From: Prorocentrum cordatum
Lineage: Eukaryota
Direction: 5' to 3'
NCBI GenBank assembly: GCA_963575745.1
Contig: CAUYUJ010000026.1
Coordinates: 496,001 to 560,000, forward strand
Length of the DNA: 64,000 nucleotides
The translations under genes were made by a program, and so were the position numbers. The notes below the pieces were generated by a model. That model did no database searches and was not told the origin of the DNA. It saw nothing but the letters and a program-made list of their open reading frames with translations. Positions 1-12,454 of the stretch are shown piece after piece. Each line of letters starts with the position of its first letter. Position 1 is the first letter of the stretch.

Positions 1-3
1 GTC

Positions 4-52
<49 letters not shown>
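1..52. repeat. (GT)n microsatellite
   Basis: Direct observation. Confidence 0.95.
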
Positions 53-53
<1 letters not shown>

Positions 54-800
54 TCGACTTGCTGCGTGGTCGCAGGAGGAGGGCCCAAGCATTTGGCGGA
101 TGGAGTTTTGTCACCAGTCGTGCCTTTTCGGTTCCGACATCCGGGGGGCAGTTTCCGGACCTCGGGTGCATCACAATTATTCTGGGCTGGAAAGAGATTT
201 CTGGGGATGTGGATTCCCCCAGAGGCTATACATCGGGTGTCTGGGGGTGGCGGAGGGTTCTCAGGAGATCTCCAGGACTTCTGAGGGCTGAAGCGGAGAG
301 CGAGACGGAGGAGAAGGAGGAGGAGGGGGAGGTGAAGGAGGAGGAGGAGGAGGAGGAGGAGCAAGGAAGGCAGGAGGAGGAAGGAGAGGGGAGGGAAGAA
401 GGCCTCCCTGTGTCATCCCCCCCGTCGTCGCGCTCGTCGGCCCCACCAACGGCCACAACGAGCCATTTTCCGAAAGATCCCCTCCCTGCCGCACGGCAGA
501 GAGGGGGTACAGGCTTCGGGGCAGTACAGACCGAAAAACAGCCGTCAGCAGCAGCAGCAGCACCAGTGGGAGGAAGGAGGAAGGAGGAGGATTAAGAGGA
601 ACGGGAGGAGGAGCAGAGTTCTGAGTGAAGGAGCTTCCCTGGGCAGGACTGGCCTGCAGGGTTGGTCGGAGATCCGGCTGCTTGACCGGACATGATTACC
701 CTGAGCCCCCCCCGCCAGACATCATTACCGGGATGCCGCGGCCATCGCCTTCGAAGGGACATGCGTTGAGCCTCTTCCGTTTCCTGGCGGCGCGCCGACG

Positions 801-990
801 GAGGAGGGAGGAGGAGGAGGAGGAGGAGGAGGAGGAGGAGGAGGAGGAGGGAGGGAGGAGGAGGAGGAGGAGGAGGAGGAGGAGGAGGAGGAGGAGGAGG
901 AGGAGGAGGAGGAGGAGGAGGAGGAGGAGGAGGAGGAGGGAGGAGGAGGAGGAGGAGGAGGAGGAGGAGGAGGAGGAGGAGGAGGAAGAG
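801..990. repeat. (GGA)n microsatellite, one of many GGA/CCT tracts across the window
   Basis: Direct observation. Confidence 0.95.
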
Positions 991-999
991 AGAGTGATC

Positions 1000-1920
1000 A
1001 GACCTTCGCAGCAGCGAGGCTTCGAAGAAGGCTTGGAACGCGTCTCAGACGGCCGTAGTAGGCCTTCTGAGCCGCTTGAGGAGCTTCCGCCCACTCTGCA
1101 TTTCCACCCCGGGGCGCGGCACCTTTCACCCTTCGCCTCTCCTGGCTACGCGCGCTCCTTCTCCTCCGTTCGTCTCTTGCTTTCCCTCCTTCCTCTCGTC
1201 CTTGTCTCCTCCTCTCCGCTCCCTCGCGAAGGATCAGCATTGAACTGGCCAGGATCAGTGTCAGTTCTTGGCATCCGTTGTGTACGGTGTCGTGCGAGAA
1301 GCTGTTCCTGACCCCCCTCCGGCGCCGTACGGACCGTGGGCGCCCCCTGTGCGGCCCCGCCCCCCATCCTCAGGTCGAGCTTGTCGCGCCCTTCGCCGCC
1401 AGCGCGGCATGCGGCATGAGCTTCGACGCGTCGGGGTCAACTGACCCACTAGGCAACGCCACGTGCCGCGGCTTGGCGGGAGGAGGTGAGAATGAGGATG
1501 TTTGGATCGGACCTGGCAGTGCAAGGCAGGAGCATACCAGACCGGCGCGGATCAGTACCCCGCGCTAGCCCCCAGCCAATCTGGTGAGGCCTTTGCAGCC
1601 CGCGGCGCGTTCTGATCGAGGCCACCCCTCCTCGTGGGAGCTCCTTCTGCGAAGTCTCTGGAGGCTAAAGCAGGCGAGAGGCCTTCGTAGCCAGGGCCCA
1701 CAAGGTTATCGGCATGCGTTCGCGAAGCAGCCGGGCTTCGGTGATCGCCTGGCTGCTGCATATACGCAGTCCGGCTATGGCACCTGCCCGGCCAGAGCAC
1801 CTGGCGTCGATGTTGGCTTTTCAGTGCACTTGACCCTTGTGGTAGGGTGTACAAACAGGCTACTGTTTACCTCTAACGTCTTCGGCTGCTCAATGGATAA
1901 GACAGTTGTCTGAAGTCATG
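1000..1920 (-). mobile_element. Possible highly degraded 3' remnant of a second LINE
   Basis: Frame-broken minus-strand fragments (DFRQL, RVK, ANIDA/ALAG, ARLLRERM, HSHLLPPSRGTWRCL) recall the RNase H C-terminus and Cys/His tail of the element at 3660-6172. Weak. Confidence 0.3.
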
Positions 1921-3603
1921 GAGCCAGCATCGCAAAGCGGATTTCGTTCGGAAAAGAGTAGACGCGGCCCGAATTGTCCTGGAGAGTTTCGTTCCGGATT
2001 TCGAAGTGACTTTCGTGCTGGTTTTCCTGTGGTCAGGAATGAAGACAAAACAAAATCCACGAGACATTCATTTCGTTTTTCGCTCGCTGGTTCGGGGGCT
2101 TACATGGACAGGAATCCGAGCAAAAATCCGCTGCAGCACGTCTGCAAGGTCGGTTGGGAGTTGTGTCAGAGTCAGGCTGTGTCAAACAATCACCCCAAAC
2201 GATGCGAACCAGAAGGGCAGACATTTCCGCCTCAGATGCGTAGGGCGGAGTTTTCCGCAAAAGTATGGCGGATCCAGCGGCGGTCAGTGAATGTGGGTGG
2301 AGACCGACACGCCTGCCTTGGGCAGACATTTCTGGGCGGACACATCTCTGCCTTGCGCACGGAAATCCCCAAGAAGTACGGCAGATCCGAATTCGTGGTC
2401 CTCGTCGTCCTCGTTGCCGGCCCCGTCCTCTTATTCTCCCTCGTCCTCCGCCTGCTCCGACCCCCCGCCTCCCTTCCTCCTCTCTCTCCTGCGCCCCCTC
2501 TCTTCAGATGAGGGCTGACCTGAACGGTGTTTTTGGTGATTTCGTGGGCCGTTTTCGTTTCGACTTCGTTTTGAGGTCAAGGCGGATTCGAGACAAAAGC
2601 GAGGGAAAACGAAAACAAAACGAAAACGAAAAACACCGTTTCGGTTCAACGGTTCAGCCCTGCTTCAGATCCCGCGAAATCGATCCCCAGATCTCACCTG
2701 GGGTACGTTCTGAAGGGATCCCGGCCGTGGCGACAAGGAGCCCCACGGAGGCCCAGAGACGTTGAGCGCCGAACCAGGAGCCCGCCCCTCGATCCTCTGG
2801 TGCCCGCCCCGACCCTCGCTGCCTCCCTCCTCGATCCTCCTATGCCTCCCCGATCCTCGATGCGCCTCCCTCCCCGATCCTCGATGCCTCCATCCCCCCC
2901 CCCCCTGGCGCCTCCTCTCCGAGCCCAAAGTCGCCGCTCTTTGGGGCCCAGGCCGCGCGCGGCGAGGGCCCGTCGGGCGCGCGGTGCGGAGCGGGCCGCG
3001 CAGCGGCGGGGGAGGGAGTCCCCCCCCCGGGCGCCGGGGGACGCCGATTGCACGCCGAGGCCCTCGGTGGGGCCAGCTGCCGGGACGCCTCCGACGGCGA
3101 AGCCCCAGAGGGGCCGGAGGCAGGCCTCGCGGAAGGCACGGAGGAGGGGGAGGAGGGGGAGGGGGAGGGGGGGGAAGAGGAGGAGGAGGAGGACAAAAAA
3201 TCGGCGAGAGCCGACGACCCCGTCCGGCAGCCTCGGGCCTCGAGCCTCGGCGTCGGCGTGCAGCTGGCGTCCCCCCGGGCGCTGGGGGGGCGCCACTTGC
3301 GCGCCGACGCCGGCCCTGCCTCGCGGCGGGAGGCGGCAGGGGCGGGCAACCCAGGAGCGGGCGTCGAACCCAGACGGGGTCGCGGCGTGGCGAAATCAGG
3401 GCGGCAGGTTTTGGGCTATCTTCGGCACTCCTCCTCCTCCTCCTCCTCCTCCTCCTCCTCCTCCTCCTCCTCCTCCTCCTCCTCTTCCTCGAGTCCTCAC
3501 TAAGACCCTATGCAACCTCTGGTGGAGCCCCAGGATATTGCGATTCGGAGCTCATCATAGCCCCTTGCCGCTTTTCGCCCAGTCAGGCCTCCCAGCAGGA
3601 GAC

Positions 3604-3620
3604 ATACATATATACATAGA

Positions 3621-3656
<36 letters not shown>
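3604..3656. repeat. (TA)n microsatellite abutting the 5' end of the LINE remnant
   Basis: Direct observation. Confidence 0.95.
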
Positions 3657-3657
<1 letters not shown>

Positions 3658-3659
3658 CG

Positions 3660-6172
3660 ATGTGTTTGTAAAGGTTTATGCCCGTTCTGCATTCGGAACC
3701 CCCAAGTCTCCCTGGGCTCGTACATCGATGACGATACGGTCGCAATGTCAGGAGCAGAGGACGTCGTCGTCCGCACCTTGGTCGAGGCTGCTGCTGATTT
3801 GAAGCAAATTTTGGATGAGCGACTGGATGTTCGTCTGGCTGAGGACAAGGCCACCACCTTCGCGTCGACTCAGCGTGTTCTCGAGGCGCCTCACCAAGAA
3901 ACTGGCTTGATTCTGCCCCTCGCTCGCCTGCAACTCTGTGGTCTCCCTCGGCAGCGACTTGGCACCAGGACAACATCGGTCCTGCAAGCAAGGGTGAGCT
4001 GAGCTAAACGGAAAGAGAGGGTGAGGAGTATGAAGACAAGGCACGGTTTTCTCATTAATTTTCGGAGAACACTTCCACGGGATCGGACCCGAATGAGCAA
4101 GATCTATGTTTCTGGACTTCGGCCTGCTGCGGGCTACGGTACGATGATACTGGGGATGTCCGGCAAGGAACTAGGCGAGTTCCGCAGCGTCCTCTTGTCA
4201 GGTTATACGCCTGCTCATCGTGGAGTTTCTCTCTCTGCCAAGATCTGTACGCATGGAGACCCAGCCTGGATGCAGGCGACAGCCCCAGCGAGACAGTGGG
4301 CGAGTTCACTTTGGAGGAGTTTGACGACGCCGCACACCAGCCCCTTGAGCTTCAGAAAGCTCATTTGGATCTGGCGAACCCTGGAGGCCTTTCAGAGAGC
4401 ATGGTCTTGGTCCCCAGCAGTGGCGTACCTCCAGAGGCCGTGGCCATCGGATGCTCCTGAGCCTGCACAGACAAGTCTGGAACACTATCGATTTTCACTT
4501 CTGGCAAGATGATCTAGGCAGATTGATTGATTTAGTGTACACGTCGCCAGCCATGGTTTCGAGTTTGCTGCAGTCAGGCGTCCAGCGATCCCACGAGAGG
4601 TACCTCGCCGCGTCGACCACCTCCTTAGATGGTGAGCGTGTTTCGGTTGACCCCCTCCGCTCCCTTCTCCGCTCGAAGCGAACCACGCCGCGAGCGAGAT
4701 ATTAGAGCCACGCCTGTTTTGCTAAGGGTTGCTGGGCAGCCGACCGTCTAGTCGAGTCGTGCTATCATTCTGATGGCCTGTGCCCAAGCTGTGGCAAGCC
4801 TGACTCCGTCTTTCACCGCCAGTGGCTTTGTGATGCTCCTGAGTTGGCCCAGGCGCGAGCCGATGCCATTTCCCAGGACATCATTGACCTGGCTCGTGCG
4901 AGCCCCGCGGGGGAGCATGCCTTCTGGTCACGCCTGATGATGGCCCAGCCTGATCCTAAGATCTTCCCCCCTCCTTCCTCGGCGACGGACCCTCTGCTCC
5001 AGGATGGCGAAGGCAGGCCAATGCCGGTTCAGGAATTTGTCGGGAGGAGCGAGAGCTGCGACGTGGTCCTGGATGGCTCCGCCTCCTAGTGTATGATGGC
5101 TGATTTGAAACGTGCCAGCTTTGCGGCGGTTTTCCTGGAACCTGGACCCGAATACAAAGTTCGGACCCGTCTCATGGCCCCGCTTTGGCCATGCATGCGC
5201 CAGACTCCGCAGGCTGCTGAAAATGTTGGCATTGCCACTGTTTGTGCGCTCGCGATTGGGATGTCTACCCCTTACAGCGATTGCAAAGGCGCGGTCCGAC
5301 TGCACAATGCTGCGGACCAGGCCCAGTTAGGGCCTAAACACATGTTTGCTGGTGTGCGCCGTGCTGCCCAACAGGCCCCTGGTTTTGTGGCCGCGGGGGA
5401 AGCCCACTATACCCAAGCGCACCGTTCAGATGACATAGTCCAGGCACTTGACCAGAGAGGAATCGCGCTGGGCAATCAGGAAGCGGACCGTCTTGCAAAG
5501 TTCGCTCTCTCGCTCCATCCTCAGGCTGCACCTGCTGATCTTGAGGAGCTGGATAGGCGGGTGCATATCCTCTTCTCTTGTGCCAAGACGCTCGGGGCTG
5601 TCATGCCTCTTTTCACGAAGTTTGATGTCGTTCGGCCTCCGAAGGCCGCCCGCCTCTCCCGAGTGAAACCCCCGCCCGACTGGCATGAATGGGAGCAGCT
5701 CGAGGGAGGCGATTTCAGATGTTCGCGTTGATTTCTGGTGGCTTTCGCTGGCAAGGACCGACCTATGTTGGGGTGCGCTGGTCTGTCGACGGCCCTGCGG
5801 CGCCTCGAGGGTGCTGCGTCGGTTCGTTTTCACAAGTTTGGCTTTGCCACACTCAGCCGTACCCAGCAGCTTCTGATTTTCTGCACCAAGTATAGCGCGT
5901 ACACTTCCCGTAGGTGTCAATTGCTCGGCCAGCTATGTTCTGAAAAGCTGGGGGCCTCAGGAGAATGTGCCCTCAAGCGGATCGGTGACGGCCTCCGCCC
6001 TCACTACAGACGGGATGCTGAGGGTGCGGAAACTGTTTCTCGAGCGCCGCCCAAGACGGTGTTGTTTGCTCCTCCAGGCCCCGCTGCGGCAGGAAGTTCG
6101 CGCCTCGTCGACAACGATCGATTGCGTGCATTCGCCGGGCGGGTTCGGGCCAGAGAGGAGGCCGCCCGATAG
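3660..6172 (+). mobile_element. 5'-truncated, degraded non-LTR (LINE-like) retrotransposon: RT C-terminal half, CCHC zinc knuckle, RNase H, Cys-rich tail
   Basis: RT motif YIDD at 3721-3732. Zinc knuckle CPSCGKPDSVFHRQWLC from 4781. RNase H motifs VLDGS, QAAE, YSDC, QAH and GNQEADRLAK lie between ~5065 and 5500. In-frame stops at 4000, 4703, 5087 and 5729 and one frameshift near 4460. Confidence 0.88.
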
Positions 6173-6629
6173 GCGGCGCGGATCAGGGATGTTCTGCCTC
6201 AGGCTGCTCGGTCCTCCTCCTCCTCCTTCCTCCTCCTCCTCCTCCTCCTCCTCCTCCTCCTCCTTGCTCCTCATCCTCATCCTCTTCCTCCTCTCCTCCT
6301 CCTCCTCTTCCTCCTCCTCCTCCTTCTCCTCCTTTGGGGGGTCCTCGCCGGGCCTTGGGGCCGTCAAGAAACGACTCAGGACGAAAGACCAGTCCGGGAA
6401 AAAGGGTCGGGATTTCCAGGGACGCCGTCCTGAAAACATCGGGGCGTCGCATGTCTGGGAACGCGTTCGCCCGAGAGCCTCGCCAAAGGCATGGACCATC
6501 GGCGCCCCTGGATACATGTATGGGCTATTCGCCTCCAGCGTCGCCCCCGACAGCCATGACTTTGGATCTGCCGCAAGCTGGGCGAATTCGTAAGCAGGGC
6601 GGGGGTGTCTGCCCTGCAGTCGACTGTTA

Positions 6630-6760
6630 GTTCGACCTTGCCAAATCCAGGGTACCCGTGTGTCCTGTGTTTCGCGACACATGCCTTCTACATTCGTATG
6701 GCAATGTGGCCATCGGAAGGCTCTTGTGCCCTCTCGCGTGTTTCCTCCAATCAGATTCGA
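6630..6760 (+). repeat. ~130-bp dispersed repeat; second copy at ~60512-60640
   Basis: Both loci share TCGACC.TGCCAAATC.AGGGTACCC...CTACATTC...GGCAA.GT.GCC.TCGGAAG..TCTTGTG.CCTCTCGCGTGT. Confidence 0.8.
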
Positions 6761-7204
6761 CTGTGCTACTCAAGCTGCTTTAGTGCCAATTCCCGCCCTA
6801 GTTTGCCGTCGCTGTTCGCCATACCGTTGCGGAAGTATCCGCCCTACTTTTCCGAGGCTGACATTTCTAGCTTCGTTGCGCCGTTTGGGGCGCATTTCCG
6901 ATATGTGTTGAATTTTGAAAATCAACCCAAGCACGGCGGATCCGAAGTCAGGGCCTTCCCAGGACCCCCTCGCGTCGTGACAAAATGGCAACGCACGGTT
7001 TTGGCGACCGTCGATGGACGACTCGGGATGAAAAGCCGGTCCCAGGGAATGGGTCGGGATTTCTGGGGGTCATCGCTCTGAACAAATCACGACGTCGTGG
7101 GCCCAGGTGCTGGTCCGAGGGCCCAGACATCCGACGATTCAGATGTTCCCCCAAACAGTGCTTGCACTGACGAGAGTTTCTTGCTTGTGTTCTGGGAAGT
7201 ACCT

Positions 7205-7432
7205 GGGCCCCAGTGGTCAGTTCGGCCAGCTCGTCGCTGCCCGTCGCCGGCCTCGTCACTGGGCCCCAGTGTCGGTTCGGCTGACGTGCCGCCGCCCGTC
7301 GCCGCCGTCGCCGCTGGGCCCCAGTGGCGGTCCAGCCAGCTCGTCGCCGCCCGTCGCCGCGTTGGCCCGTCGCCGCCGTCGCCGCTGCGCCCCAGTGGCG
7401 GTCCAGCCAGCTCATCGCCGCCAGTCGCCGCG
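7205..7432 (+). repeat. GC-rich ~55-bp minisatellite, about 4 copies
   Basis: Recurrent GGGCCCCAGTGGCGGTCCAGCCAGCTCGTCGCCGCCCGTCGCCG. Confidence 0.75.
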
Positions 7433-9080
7433 TTGCCTGTCATTGGTTTGCATTGCTTTTGCATCGCATTGCGTTGCTTGAGCAGTGTGTTGCGTAGTTC
7501 TGCGCCACGTAGTTTGCACCACCCAGGTTGCACCTCCCAGATTGCACCACATGGACTGCACCGCCCAGGTTTGCACCAAAGGCAGACTGCGAGAAGCCAT
7601 GCTGATTGGGGCGCGCGCTGGCTACAAGGCTCGTTTTCGTCCTGGCGTGTCCTCCCTCGATGCCCGGCATCCTCGGGGGCCCGCCGTCGGGCCCCGCCAG
7701 GACCAGAAGTGCCAGGAGGGGAAAAAACACACAGACACAATGAATCGACGATTCCCCAGAAAATATGCGAAAATATGGCAAGTGGGGGAGAAGGCAGAAG
7801 CCCAGAAAGTGTATGAAAAGATAGGGGGATCCTGGGATTTGCGTGTATTCGTTTGTGCGTGTGTGGGCCCCTTCGAAGTGGAGCTGGGACGGAGCGCCGA
7901 CACCTGTGGGAAAGGGTCCAGAGACCTTTGGGAGTCCACGCCGTGAACAACACCTCGTCGCCGGGTGCGCCTGGAGGGTTTCCCCGAAGGGCTCAGGCGA
8001 CCCCTCCACCTCCTCCTCCTCCTCCTCCTCCTCCTCCTCCCTCCTCCTCCTTTTCCTCCTCCTCCTTCTCCTCCTCCTCCTACTCCTCCTCCTCCTCCTC
8101 CCTCCTCCTCCTCCTCCTCCTCCTCCTCCTTCTCCTCCTCCTCCTCCTTCTCCTCCTCCTCCTCCTCCTCCTCCTCCTCCTCCTCCCTCCTCCTCCCCCT
8201 TTCCCTCCTCCTCTGCCTCCTCCTCCTCCTCCTCCTCCTTGGGTCGCCTACGGCCCCGGGGGAAACCGTGCAGGTGCGCCCCGCACGGCCAGGCCAGGGA
8301 GTGGTTGCAGAAGCACGGCAGACGCTCTCCGCGCTGACGCGGCGTGCGGCCCCGGCGTGGGCGCTCGGGGTGGAGCGCCGCGCCGGTGCGATGACCACAC
8401 CCTGCCTGGCGGCGCGCACGACTCTGTAGGGGCTGGGGGAAGGAGTCTCAGAAGGCGGCTGCCTCTCAGAGGGCGCGGGCCCTGCATCTATAGACAAGGC
8501 CCGCTCCCTCTAGGAAGCAGGGGTGCTTCAAAGAAGCCTTCCCCTACTCCCCGCGCGTGCTCGACCTGTCCTGAGTCAGTGGGGATTCGGGGCAAGGTTT
8601 CGGGACTCGTTCTCCGAGGATGTCTCGGGCGGTTGGGGCATCCGAGGCCCCTCAGAGCCGTGCGGTGACGGACCGCGCATGTGATGACAGCTAGCACCCA
8701 TGCCTCTGCGACCCCTATATTCCTCGGGGTGGAATTCGGTAGGGGGCTGTGGATGTGTGTGTTGTCGGATGGGAGTCCCTGCTCGAACGGAAGCCCCCCA
8801 TCGGCCCATCGGGGTCCGACAACCCGCACCCATACCTACAGCGCCCTCATCTCATTACCCTTCATGCCCTATTGCGCCTCCAGCTCCTCCCTATAGGTTT
8901 GAGCGTGTGTTGTTCTTTCATCGCTCGAGAACGCCATGTGGTCTTTCGCCGCACGGTCTGTCAAGTTTTGTCACATCGTCGACCCCCGGAGGTCTCGACT
9001 CATTCCCCGTGACCAGTCTTCCGTCCCGAGTCGTTATTTGCCGGTACTGGAGCCCGGCGAGGGCCCCCAGAGGCTGAAAA

Positions 9081-9286
9081 TTGGTGGTCTCCAAACCAGG
9101 TGGTGAGACACCCGGTGGTGACCCCGATTCCCCCGAAAAATAATTCTGGGTCACCACCGGGTTTGGGGACACGCGGTCGCCACGAGGTTTTGCGTCTCCT
9201 TGGCCAGCCAGCGCTCGAAAGACATTACCCAAATCGCCCAAAACTCACCACCGGGTGTTCTCACCACCACGTTTGGGGACCACCAA
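9081..9286. mobile_element. MITE with ~41-bp TIRs and 5-bp TSD
   Basis: TTGGTGGTCTCCAAACCAGGTGGTGAGACACCCGGTGGTGA ... TCACCACCGGGTGTTCTCACCACCACGTTTGGGGACCACCAA, with GAAAA on both flanks. Confidence 0.85.
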
Positions 9287-9357
9287 GAAAATATCCCACC
9301 CCAACCATCAAAGAACCCGCCGTGTATGTTCACGACGCGAGGGGGTCTGGGTTCTGT

Positions 9358-9839
9358 GATGATGACGATGATGATGACGATGGTGTTGTTGATGATGATC
9401 ATGATGTTGATGATCATGGTCGTGATGATCATGCTTACGATGATGACGATGATGATAATGATGATGATGATGCTGATGCTGATGATGATGACCCTGATGA
9501 TCATGATGCTGTTGATGCTGATGATGCTGATGATACTGATGATGATGCTGATGATGATGAGAATGATGATGAGAATGATGATAAGGTTGTTGATGCTGCT
9601 GAAAATGATGCTGATGATGATGATGTTGATGTTGATGCTGATGATGATAATGATGATGATGCTGATGTTTGTAATGGTGATTATGCTGATGATGATACTG
9701 CTGATGCTTATGATGAATATGATGACGGTGATGGCAATGATGCTACTGATGATGATGCTGATACTGATGATACTGGTGATGCTGATGCTGAAGATGATGA
9801 GGGTGCTGATGATGATGTTGATGCTGATGCTGATGCTGA

Positions 9840-9910
<71 letters not shown>

Positions 9911-9946
9911 GTGATGATGGTGATGATGCTGATTGCGATGATGATG
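9358..9946. repeat. Degenerate (GAT)n/(GCT)n tract
   Basis: Direct observation. Confidence 0.95.
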
Positions 9947-11861
9947 GGGTCTTGGTCCCCTGGGACGCCGAGGTCGCCGCACGGCCTGTCACCGCACGGC
10001 TGGGGGGGAACCCAAGCTCCACACGGTTTGCCAGGGCGGCCGCCGGCGACATATCGCAGCGTGGGGCCCCCCGTTCGCCGGCTGTGGCCAGGCTAGGGGG
10101 ACGTGTGATCAGATTCTGTGCCAGCATTTCGACAGTAAGTCATGGGATTCTTGTGTACCCTCGCAATTCCGTCGTTAGAGTGCACGAGCGTCGATTAGTC
10201 TGGTAATCGACGGGAAAGCGCTGATCTAGCGTCGATGAGCATAGGTTCGCTTCGATCGGCGTCGATTTAGATTCGATTAGCGTCGACGAGGGTCAATTAG
10301 CTTCGATTCTCAAGAGCCAAGAAGATGATATTGGAGAAATCCGCGCGGAGCTTCGAAATATTATATGTCTGCAGTTTTTTGTTCCACTAGATGGCTACAC
10401 ACTTTTTGGGCGTCGCGCCCACGCGCGCGGCGGCGCGGCGTAGAACCAGGTCAAGCGGGGGCGCGAACCAGCCCAGCTCTCGCGGCGAGGAGAAGCTGGG
10501 TCCACTCATAGGGGATCGACAGCAAGACTCACGGGGGGGCAGTCGTGAGGGGGCGGACGGAGGAAAGAGGGGGGAAAAAGGGGGGACAGAGGGGGAAGAC
10601 GAGGCAGCGTGGCAGTGCCAAGCTGAAGCGGCGAGCGAGCCGTGGCGGGGTCGCGGCAGTGGCAGCCAACCAAGAAGGAGTACAACGACGGTGCAGGGAG
10701 CTTGGCCCAACCAGGGAGGCCCAAAGGGGACCCAAGCGCTAGGGCTACACACCGGTCACACACAGTGTTTTGGCGCCGCGGCCACGCGCGCAGCAGCGCG
10801 ATGGAGTCAGTCAAGCGGCTGGGGATAGAAGCTGAAGGCGTTCGTTGGACACACACACACACACGTGTTCCGACGTCCACGCGGGCTTCTTTGAGGCCGC
10901 CCTCCCCACTGCACCCCCTTCCTCGGCGCTCGGAGCAGCGCATACTTCGAGGAGCGACGTGCACATAAAGCTGGCCTTTCGGAGGTCCGCGTGGAGTTCT
11001 TGGGATCGACGCTGTACTACCTTTTTCGGGCGCGCGGAGCTCACCTGGGCCGTTGCCAGAGGCGCCGCAAGACTGTTGCGCAATTGTCGCCACTTTCGTG
11101 AGCTCCTGGCAAATCCAGCGGAGTGGCCTCACACCCCGCCGTCGCCGCCTTTTCTGAGGCAGCGATTCTTTGGTGCATTTTCCGACTCAGAATTGTGTCG
11201 GACATGCAGGGCGGACATCACCGCCTCAGGAAAGTACGGGGGATACGTCCGCACACGGATGGTGGAAACAGCTACGACAAAGTCAGGCGAGAATCGACAT
11301 CAAAGCAGCTTGAAGAGCAGGGAGGCCATCTCTGCCCTGCCTGCGAAGGCGCCCCGCCATCGCCACCTTTTCTGAGGCGGCGTTGTCCGCTCACTTTTTC
11401 GCATCCTGCGGGGTGCATCTCCGACACAATTCAAGGGCGGAGAATCCACCAAAGTACGGCGGATCCAGAGACATTCCAAGACGCCGTCGAGCAAGGCGAC
11501 GAGGAGCTGGCGGAGCAGTCGCAGTCGCAGACGCAGGAGCAGTAATAGTAGGAGTTGGAGTGTTAGTGTTATTTGCGGCTGATGCCGTAGAGGGGGGAGG
11601 AGGAGGAGGAGGAGGAGGAGGAGGAGGAGGAGGAGGAGGAGGAGGAGGGAGGAGGAGGAGGAGGAGAAGGAGGAGAAGGAGGGGGAGGAGGGGGAGGAGG
11701 AGAAGGAGGAGAAGGAGGAGGAGGAGGAGGAGGAGGAGGACAAGGAGGGGCGGAGGTGCGGAAAGAGGGGGCGGAGGGTGAGGACGAGGAGGAGGAGGAG
11801 GAGGAGGCGACCTGAACGAGACCTCGCCGTCCCCGGGGGCTGCGATTGGCGTCTGCCCTTC

Positions 11862-12054
11862 TCGAGGGTGGCAAAGAGGGGGGTGATGACTAGGGGGGGG
11901 GGATACCATGGCGGGGCAAAGGTTTTTCCCCAGATATCATGGCGCCTCTTCTTGTTTTAATGCGTCCCTGGCCCCCCCGCTGGGCCGCGCACATGCCGCC
12001 AGTCATGATTTGCACCCCCCCCCTCTTGGACGCCCCCCTCTTGGCCGCTCCCGA
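11862..12054. mobile_element. MITE family A, copy 1 (5-bp TSD CCTTC)
   Basis: TIRs TCGAGGGTGGCAAAGAGGGGGG / CCCCCCTCTTGGCCGCTCCCGA, CCTTC on both flanks, homologous to 62902-63094. Confidence 0.85.
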
Positions 12055-12288
12055 CCTTCGGAGCGACCGCGCCGCCCTCCATGCGGCGCGCCGGCCAGCC
12101 GCGCGCGAGCGCGCCGCAGCGGCGGCGGCCGGCGCCGCTGCTGCGCGCACTCGGCGCCGCCGCGGCGGCCTGTGCGGCGGGCCTGCTGGCCGGCAGCCGC
12201 GGCGGGCCCGCGGAGGGCGCAGGCGAGGCCCTGAGGACAGGGGGGCCACCTGCCCAGACGCCCTCGCGCTGTGAGATCACCAGCTTTA

Positions 12289-12454
12289 GGTCGGGCGTGT
12301 CCCCCTACAGGGGGCTTTTGGGCGAATATTCGGTAAACAACAAAGGAATCCACAGAAAATGCCCCAAAGATATTCAAAAGTGGTGGAAAAATCGTCCCCC
12401 GAATATTTTTGGAGTATTTTTTAGATATCCTCCTGTAGAGGGACAGGCCCGATT
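12289..12454. mobile_element. MITE family B, copy 1 (TTA/TAA flanks)
   Basis: GGTCGGGCGTGTCCCCCTACAGG ... CCTGTAGAGGGACAGGCCCGATT with an AT-rich interior. Confidence 0.8.

Noticed and set aside
9100..10206. Asp-rich 368-aa ORF and Met-rich 298-aa ORF
   Set aside because: Translations of a (GAT)n tract that also run through a MITE.
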